Assembly (NCBI GenBank): GCA_964016885.1
Contig: OZ024742.1
Location: 108,562,001-108,626,000 of the forward strand
DNA length: 64,000 nucleotides
Source: Eledone cirrhosa
Lineage: Eukaryota
Reading direction: 5' to 3'
Below, one piece after another: positions 55,205 to 64,000 of the stretch. The stretch's first letter is position 1; every line of letters begins with the position of its first letter. The notes under the pieces were generated by a model. It saw only the letters and a list, made by a program, of their open reading frames with translations, ran no database searches and was not told the DNA's origin. Both the position numbers and the translations under genes were made by a program.

Positions 55205-56245
55205 TAATAAAAACAATGAATAAAAACAAAGAAACAGTTCCTTATATTAAAAAATTCATCATTTTACGATCGTTTCTAGGATATATATGTGTGTGTTGGT
55301 ACGTATATCATATAGATCTATGTAAAAATTTTACAAACTATCAGAGGGAATATACATACCTACATATATATATGCTGTCTTCAGAAATAATGATATTTGT
55401 TTATTGAAAAACACCAACAAAGATTTAATATAATAGGTCTGTTTGGGAACAGGTTTTGAATTGACCAATAGAAGACTAATAAGTGGTCAAGTTGATAGAA
55501 TAGTAGTAGTAGAAATTTAATTTAGGGGTAGAGGAATGCAGACTTCAGTTTTGAATGGAAATAATACTTTGAATGAAAAGATTACTTTGGGGATGAAAAG
55601 AGGTCAAGCCGGTGAAAGGTACACGAAAATCTGATGTTATTAAAGAATAATGCTAATGTTAAAATCGAAGGAGAATAAAATTTTAGGATAAATGTGTTAA
55701 TGATAAATACCAATCTTATTAAAAACATAAGGAATTTAGATCTATAAAAAGAAATTAAATTAATTTAATTGATAGGTATACTTATAGGGATAAATTTATA
55801 TTAATTCATATGGATGTGATAAATAAGAGTTATATGTTATTAAAGAATGTTGTTAAAAACGAAGGAAAGAAAATTTTTTTGGGGGGGGGGGATAAATGTA
55901 TTAGTGAGAAATAATAAACTTATATAGACTACAAGGAATTTAGATTCATAACAGGAAATTAAAATAGTTTATATGTATTAATTTTAGGAAAAGATAGCTG
56001 TAAAAGGGAAATAAAATTATGAAGTTCTCAGTAGTAAAATACTAATTATAGGTTAACTAAATTTAAAAAAAACAATTATAATAATTTGTAAAATAAAAGT
56101 GTATATTAATTAGGTTTATAATATTTGAAAGTTTTTCTAATTCTATGATTGCACGATATAATTAATTCTTTTCGTGATATTTGGATTACATTGAGTTCTT
56201 CATACGGATTTGACACTACCGTATATTTTGGTAGATTTATCTACA
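55201..56245 (-). mobile_element. Probable 3' end and long AT-rich UTR of another Naiad-like PLE
   Basis: Minus strand near 56130-56170 reads KRINISCNHRIRKLSN (CxH end motif). Internal ~204-bp duplication (55686/55890). HHR near the 3' end. (TA)n flanks. Confidence 0.45.
55257..55392 (-). ncRNA. Type I hammerhead ribozyme with a ~100-nt stem II domain (GUA site)
   Basis: CATTATTT-CTGAAGA-[~100 nt closed by ATATATATGT/ACATATATAT]-GAAA-CGATCG-TA-AAATGATG; 8-bp stem I. Confidence 0.72.
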
Positions 56246-56464
56246 TATATATATATATATAGGAAAATGTATAGGAAAATATAGGAAAATGTTTAACCCC
56301 GACGGCAGAGCTCCAGCCGTTTAGACGGCTATTTCTGGACGTTATGGTCCATTTGGTTCCTTACCACACTTCATACGTTATATATATATATATATACATA
56401 AATACATACACACATATGAATATATTTATGCCTGCATACATACATGCGTGCATATATACATAGA

Positions 56465-59400
56465 CAGACAGTCAACGCGATCCGTCGCACATTTTGGTGT
56501 GGGAGACTATTCATTAAATTTAAGATAAATACTATCTCCGACAGTAATGCCACAACTACCAGTCGTGTTGAGTAACTGGATATGCTTCTAACTATATCTA
56601 CTGAAGACACCTTTTATTCGAATTCGTAGCGATATCCGACTAAATACATAATTCATTATACAAGGGTTTGCTACAAACAACATGGGCGGGCACATCATCA
56701 ATAACAACAATTTACCGAACACCAGTAACAAGAACAATTTACCCCAAAAAAGCAATGACAAAAGTAAACAAAATTTATTTAGTTGTAGCTACAGAAGAAA
56801 CCGAAATTATAAATTATATTTCTCTTGAGGTTGCGAACTTAATGATGATTTATTTAATTGTTATAAAATGGCAAAAAAACTCCCTCCGTTGGCTATATGA
56901 ACAGAATGAAGTTACACTGCGACGAAATACATCCAGAGCTAAATCACTTCACAGCCAAATAATTACACCAACAATTGACGTTTGTTGAAAGTAAAAATAA
57001 CATAAATATTATGAATTGTAATTCCCTCAGAACAAACATGAAATCAACACCACGTGCTACAGGTCGCCATGCTACTAGACTTTCTTGAAACAACTAAGCC
57101 AGTAAAAAATTTGACACCACGACTGCTATGGAAAATACTATCGATAATAATCAAAAGTATAAACAATTGAAATTTTCCTTCAACGAAATCTTCCAGAGAG
57201 AAATTAATTCATGCATAAACATTTCTTTTGCTGAACGTAATAAAACAACAATATTAAACAAAATAAAACCAAATAATGAAATCTTACATGCTATAGATGA
57301 CATTGGGGATGAATATTTACGATGAATTAAACCCCAACATTTTGGCAAATCAACGCCTGTTTATATGCCCTAGCAACGGCAGTGAAGCATTATCTTGGTG
57401 ATAGCAGAGATATTAACAAAAACAAAACTCCAGAAAAATACCATCATATATAACTAAAATAGAAAAAAGATAGATGACCTACGAAAAACTATAGGATATG
57501 TGACAATGCTCCTTACTTGCAAAAAAACTTTACTCCTCACCAACAAAAAGTGAAAAAGAAACTAGAAACGATGTTTGGTAACAGTACAACCAGAACTCTT
57601 CAAAATAAGCTGATCACCTTCAAACAACAATTGAGAGCTGTCAACAAGAAACGTGGATACCTGAAGAAGGTATATAAAAGAAAAGTAATTAATAAAGATA
57701 TTGTTATGCTTTTGGGAGGGTCATGTTGCCAATAAGAAACACACGTACCAGTTGCTTTCGCTCCAATTTATTATAAATTAAATTTATAAATTTAAGAATT
57801 TATACTTTTAGAAAAATCTGCAAATGGCTTGCGTAAGCTCATGCAGCGCTCGCGTAATGGAGAGATTGCATGCTTTCCAACAGACAAGTCTGGCAGAATG
57901 TCGGTTGACAATCTGTCAAACTACATCCAGGCAATGCAACCCACATCACTAACATAAGAGAAGTAACATCACAAGAGCATGAGGATAGGGAGAAACCCTC
58001 AATGCCCATATGATGGTGTGGACAAATATAATGCAGCCCAATAAAAGGAATGCCAACAACTTCCAGGCCTGGAACAATGACGTGCAACCATTGTATGGGC
58101 TTCGAAAAGACCATAAAACGAGCAGTGACCCTGTCACAGGACCACCAACACGGCCAGTCTGTGGAGCTAACATTGCTAGTAACTGCAGACTTTCCTACTT
58201 CCTCTCCCTGATCATACGCCCCATAATTGAAATGTCCCCAGATGTATGTGACAGCACGAAGGACCTCCTCAGCAGAATCAGCGAAAGTAACCGATCTAGG
58301 GACCTAACAAACTGTATAATAGGTAGTATGCATGTTGTGTCCCTAGATCCATCCATTGACGTGGATTTTGCTGTAGAGAAATGCGTAGAAATGATCAGTG
58401 AGAACAATGTTGAATTCCGTCGGATTGATACCAGTGAGCTGGGACTCCTACTTAAACTTACCTATAGTAATGATTATCTAGATACATATGACCTTAGCAA
58501 CCTGTGCCCTGCAAGACCAGCAAGAGGCAGACCACCTACCATTACCTCAATGGCCAAGAAAACCCACACAGATAGATGGAACGGGTGGACCAGAGCCATA
58601 CGGACCCCCGAAAACCACGATGAACTAAAGAAAATGATTGCACATGCGGTTGGGGCCAGAATAAAATTAACCCTTAAAGAACATATGCTTAAATTTAATG
58701 GAAAAACATATGCCCAAGGGGAAGGAGCAACCATTGGTGTTAGCATTGCAGGTGACATAGCTAACCTATTCATGGTATGGTGGGACAATAGACTTAAACT
58801 TAAACTTAAACTTAAAGAACAATTAGAAGACAGCAACCTCTTAACCCTGATAATGTACGGTGATGATGTAAACATCGTAGTAAAAACACCCCCACTAGAG
58901 AACAGTCAGGAATTAGAGAAAAACATCATGGAAAGCATCCAGCAAATAGATAACTCCATCCACTAGAGTATTAGAGTTACTATAGACTACCCAAGCAAAC
59001 ACCCCAACCATCGATTACCTGTACTAGACACAGAGCTCTGGTTAGAAACCATTAATAACAAAAAACAAATCCTCCATTCCCATTATGCCAAACCCATGAC
59101 TTCCAAATATCTGATCCACCGAAACTCAGCTGTTTCGGACCATACCAAAATCAACATAGTGATTGTGGATTTGGTACGGGTGATGAGAAACGTGTCCCGC
59201 ATGTGCAACCCCAAAGAACTAGAGAGACACATACAACACTTCATCCACCGTATGCAGTTATCTGGTTACAATCAGAGAGATAAAATCAGAATATATAGAG
59301 GAGCCAGAACCAAATGGGAAAAAATGGTAAATAATGATACAAATGGGACCTGCCCCTTGTATAGGAGTAAATTCAGAAACGAAATAATTAATAATGATTC

Positions 59401-62053
59401 AGACGAAACCAAACATTAGCCTACAGAGATATGAAAGGAAAAGTAATAAATGCCACTGAGACCCCACCCCAGATAGGCATAGATTCCTTCTGCAGAAAAA
59501 TATGGGGTAAAAAGAAGAATTTCAACCAAGATGCAGTATGGCTAAAAGAAATCCAAAAGAGCTATTACTCCTACAAAAACATACGAAATAAATTACGATA
59601 TCCTTGAGACTGTGATAGGAAAACTCCAAGATAAGAAAACACTAGGAAGAGACATGATTGTCGGCACAAAAATCTGATATTCTATCGGAGGTAATTTATT
59701 GATCTCTACCAGCAAGCTCTCAAGAGAGATACACATATACCTGAATGGTTGACATTAGCACAAACAATACTGGTCCCCAAGAACAAAGACACTCACTTGG
59801 CAAAAAACTATCAACCCATTGCATGCCAAAACCTGATGTATAACATGTATACAGCCTGCCTGAACCTATTTCTCTAAGATCACTGCAACAGTAATGACAT
59901 CATCACAGATAAACAAGCAGCTGGAAAGAAAGGTGTTTGGTGTGTACTGAACAACTCCTAATTAACATAAACTGCAATGTCAGAGTTGCGACAACTTAGG
60001 AGAAATATGGCTACAGTCTGGCTGGACTACAGGAAAGCATTTGATTCTGTTCCCCAGAGGCTTTCCGACTTGCTAAAGTCCCAGACATTATTATCAGAGC
60101 CATGGAGAAGCTATCTTCCTCTTGAGATACTATCCTAAAGTGAAAAACAGAGAAGGGGAACTCTATTTCCACTGATAAAATAGAATATCACAGGAGTGTA
60201 TTTAAAGGAGGCAGTCTCTCTGTGCTGCTATTTATCCTGTCATTAAACCCCCTTGTCCTTTTTACTCAAGAAATGTGAAGGATACATCATTGGTTCACAG
60301 GACAGAATACGAATTTAACCCATAATTTCTTTGTGGATGAGCTGAAACTCTATACCAAGAACATAGATGGGATGAAGAAAAATCTTGACCAGGTTACAAC
60401 GTTCTCAAAGGATACAGGAAAGGAGTTTGGCCAAGATAAATGTTCATATATGAGTGTAAAGCGAAGAAAAACTACAACCCAATCTACCAACATTTGTATC
60501 AATGACCTAACTATTTCACCGATATCTAACGAGGACTGTTACAGATACATGGTGATAGATCAGAATATAGCCTATAATGGTATCTGAAATAAGGAACGCG
60601 TAACCAGGGATACCCGATTAAGACATATATGGTCACCGGAACTCTGCGCACAGTATAACAGTGGCTCACAATGTGTTTACTGTGTCTGTTTTAACACAAA
60701 CGTTTGGAATACTCGAGTGGACGATAGACGAAATCCGAGCAATTGATGTTAAAACTCGAAAAATTCTATACAACACTGGAAATTTCCACATCAACAGTGA
60801 CATAGACCGCCTTTACTTGAAACGTAAGCAGGGAGGTAGAGGCTTAATATCGGTCCAGACAGCATTTGAATGTCGCATCATATCCCTCCGATAACATTTA
60901 TAAACCTCCAAGCGGAGCCCATCTTTTGAGCCGGCCTGTCTGCATGAGACAGATAAGATTATGAGAGTTGGGAAGGAACTCCTTGAAAGATACTCCCTGC
61001 GTGATAATCCAAAACTAACACCCAGAGAAATTGCCTAGCAACACCGCAGCGAATCCATGTATGAAAAACTGCATGCTTATCAGCAAAAGCTCGTGCATGG
61101 ATATGTTGCCAGGAAGCTCCAGAGTGAGAGTAAGATAGATAAGCAAAGTAGTCTATCTTGGACCAACAACCGCTATATTGGCTCCCACTTTGAAGGATAT
61201 GCTTTTGCAATCCAAGAACAGGAAACCAACACAAAATACTTAATTCACAAAAGAGATAGGGATGCAAGCAAAACACCTAGATGTGACAACAAATGCAGAC
61301 CCTGCAGAATTAACATCGAAGATGTCACCCATGTAATAAGCAGATGTCCAAAGATGTCATCCCGGTACTATCTAACTATGAGGCATGATGTAGTGGCCAA
61401 AACACTGTGCAATGCAATCCGTAGGAAAGATAACCCCGATAATAAACACATTAAAAGTTACAGCAATGTGGAAGACATACGCATACAAAATATGAAAGAG
61501 TACTGGTGGAATGTTCCAATAAAAACCCCAATAAAATGCAGGCATAACAGACCAGATATTATGATATGGGACAGGTAAAAGAAGGCATGCACAGTGGTGG
61601 AAGTTAGCTGCCCAGTGGATGCCGATATAATATTAAAAAGTAGGGAAAAGGAAAATATCTATGCAGAACTAATGAGAAATCTACAGATACTCCACTCTGA
61701 CTATACCTTCAGATTTATGCCTGTGATTATTGGGGCATTGGGATATGTTAGTAACTGTCTCAGTACAAATCTTGGGAAGCTGGGCTTCACAGAAACAAAA
61801 AGAACACGACTAGTTCGAAAATTACAAGTACAATCCATTAATGGAACAGTAAAAATATGTAAAACATTCCATCTTATAACGTCATGTACACATGTACAAT
61901 TACAAAGCATATACACATATAACTCAAAACATACACCTCCACACATACAATAACATCCATACCGGCACACACATACATGCAGACATGCATGCATATCACC
62001 TAGTTGATGTGTAAATTCCAATGAGAGAGTCTTGTATCTATGTTAGAAACCGA
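56465..62053 (+). mobile_element. Decayed R4/Dong-clade RLE non-LTR retrotransposon, interrupted by a PLE at 57697-59373
   Basis: NYQPIAC, WLDYRKAFDSVP, FVDELKLY, IDVKTRKIL...DIDRLYLKRKQGGRGL, AIQEQ, CRPC...HVISRC, RHDVVAK, RPDIMIWD, VEVSCP. Confidence 0.88.
57697..59373 (+). mobile_element. PLE family B fragment (inverted pLTR piece 57697-57805 + RT segment 57810-59373) nested in the R4 element
   Basis: ORFs 58010-58966 and 59096-59419 match the family B RT; 57697-57805 matches the reverse complement of the family B 3' end. Confidence 0.9.
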
Positions 62054-62177
62054 CTCTCTCTCTCTCTCTCTCTCTCTATTGGTAAACATTTGTGAAATTA
62101 TAAAACCAGAAGAGCATACATACATAGTCATTATTATACTAGAGCACAATGTATATTAGAACGTTTAACATAAATAT

Positions 62178-62365
62178 AATTGTTTCTACTTTAGGCACAA
62201 GGCCAGCAATTACCCAGTGCATTACTGGTACTTTATTTTATCGACCCCGTAAGGATGAAAGGCAAAGTCAACCTCGGCGGGATTTGAACTCAGATCGTAA
62301 AGGGACGTAACTATGCTGGAAAGCATGGCGTCCGACCCTCCACCGATACTGCCAATCCACCGCCA
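62178..62365 (-). mobile_element. tRNA-derived SINE (same family as 10101-10312)
   Basis: Reverse complement GGCGGTGGATTGGCAGTATCGG...GAGTTCAAATCCCGCCGAGG...GGCCTTGTGCC. Confidence 0.88.
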
Positions 62366-63046
62366 TTATATTTAACATAAATATAATGTAGATATGACTA
62401 CAAAATTTAAATTAAAAATCTCGCTGTGAAAAGAATGAAATGTAGACACATTCCCTTATTGGATAAATGTATGCTGTTAACACTTCCTTCTCTTCATAAT
62501 GATGTTTCTAGTTCAACATTTTTAGTCATTTCTACATTAAATGTAACTTAACTCTTCTAATAAAATGTTTGTTCTGTCAGAAATGTGTGGTATTCAATTA
62601 AGTTGCCAATTTACGTTTTATCGAATCAGGAAAGATGAAACGGCTGGATTTGCAGAGAGCCCAAACAAATACCGTTAAAAAGCATCCTCTCCAACGTGTT
62701 AACGTCTCTGCCAATGCGTCACCTTGGGTAACAGTTTCTATCAGGTTATCAGTTTATTAAAACACTACAGGAAGACGCTACAAAATCATATTGTGTCCCT
62801 CGTTCGCTCAGCCCCAACCACTTTACTTGGGCTTTGGTTATGATTCATTCAACTTTCTTTAGTAATTTTTAAAACCTCTGTTCCAGTGGTCCCTAAACTG
62901 GGGTCCATTGTGGTGAAAATATTGAGAAGTATTTCTACATCAACTTTTCAATTAAGAAATACATTAATGTTTATGTAAATATTTCTGTAGTTTAATTTTA
63001 TTACTATTATCATCCTAATGTATGTATATACAGACATACATAATAC

Positions 63047-63094
63047 TTATTGTTGTTGCTATTATCATAATTATTGTTGTTGTTATTGTTGTTG

Positions 63095-63161
<67 letters not shown>

Positions 63162-63192
63162 TATTATTATTATTATTACTATTATTATTATC
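63047..63192. repeat. (TAT)n/(TGT)n microsatellite
   Basis: Directly visible. Confidence 0.96.
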
Positions 63193-64000
63193 ATTTACAT
63201 TGGCAAAGCTAATTACCTAATGCATTTTAATAGCAACAAGCATGCTTTCCATTTACAAATGGTTTTTATTTTTTATTTTTTCTAGAATCTAACTTGTACT
63301 AAAGCAAATTAATTTTGTGTTTATCTTCTTTATATGTTCGTATTTATTTACATATACATTTAGATAATCATAGTTTAAGAAATAAAATATCAAAATGATG
63401 CACATCGAGAGTAAAACATCGAATGTTATATTGATTAAATTTCTGACGTGATACTGCAAAAGTGCGAGGGATTTAGTGGTTAAAGTGTTCGGATCTCGAT
63501 TGTAGGTTTATTTGCTGGTGGCACGTTGTTTAATTGAGTTAATACACTTCATTTTATATTGTACATATGTACATACATTTTCACATATACATTCTGAAGC
63601 CTCCCTGTTCTCCTTGGAATATAAAGCAGCAAATATCTGCCTTATGATCCGCAGTCAACAGGCATACACACTCCTATACAGAGAGATATGTATGACATAT
63701 GCTTATAAAAAATATGTAGATACAATAGGGGTCGGGAGGCATACAAAACCGAACTTGTGGAAAAACTATCTGCAAATATGTTTATATTTGGTTGGTATAG
63801 ATACTATATTATCTATCTATATGTGTTTGTTTGTTGTTGTTTTTTTTGGGGGGGGGGGTAACATTGGCAGTGTACAAAATAATATATTAATAAAGTATAA
63901 AGTAGTAATAAGATATAACTTGAATAAAAAAAAGTTATTATCCATAATTTGAATCGTGATTTATTAAGATATATGAATTGGTTGTTAAACGGGAAGAATA

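Noticed and set aside
56594-56636. CTGAAGA...GAAT motif in the R4 5' region
   Set aside because: GAAA is absent and stems I and II are poor; not supportable.

Overview
Eukaryotic, AT-rich, microsatellite-dense DNA with no recognisable host gene. The tRNA-derived SINEs and a TTAA-flanked MITE resemble octopus (cephalopod) repeats; this is recalled resemblance, not a database result. The window is almost entirely mobile DNA. It holds two Tx1/L1-clade LINEs sitting in (GATA)n, at least four coding families of Penelope-like elements (PLEs; RT + GIY-YIG) inserted in (TA)n tracts, mostly as head-to-head palindromes, and decayed RTE, CRE-like, RTE-X and R4/Dong LINEs, Tc1 and mariner remnants. Reading the non-coding blocks by hand shows roughly 20 hammerhead ribozyme (HHR) or HHR-like motifs from about a dozen sequence families. 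Several lie in short non-coding tandem units (315, ~430 and 633 bp) with inverted tips, i.e. retrozyme-like elements. The best candidate for something new is a ~101-nt RNA motif found in two divergent families (19292-19393 and its tandem copies; 28724-28824; minus strand). It has all hammerhead core nucleotides but in a non-circularly permuted order (UH, then GAAA, then CUGAUGA), with compensatory changes in several helices. All structures were derived by eye; none was folded computationally or tested.
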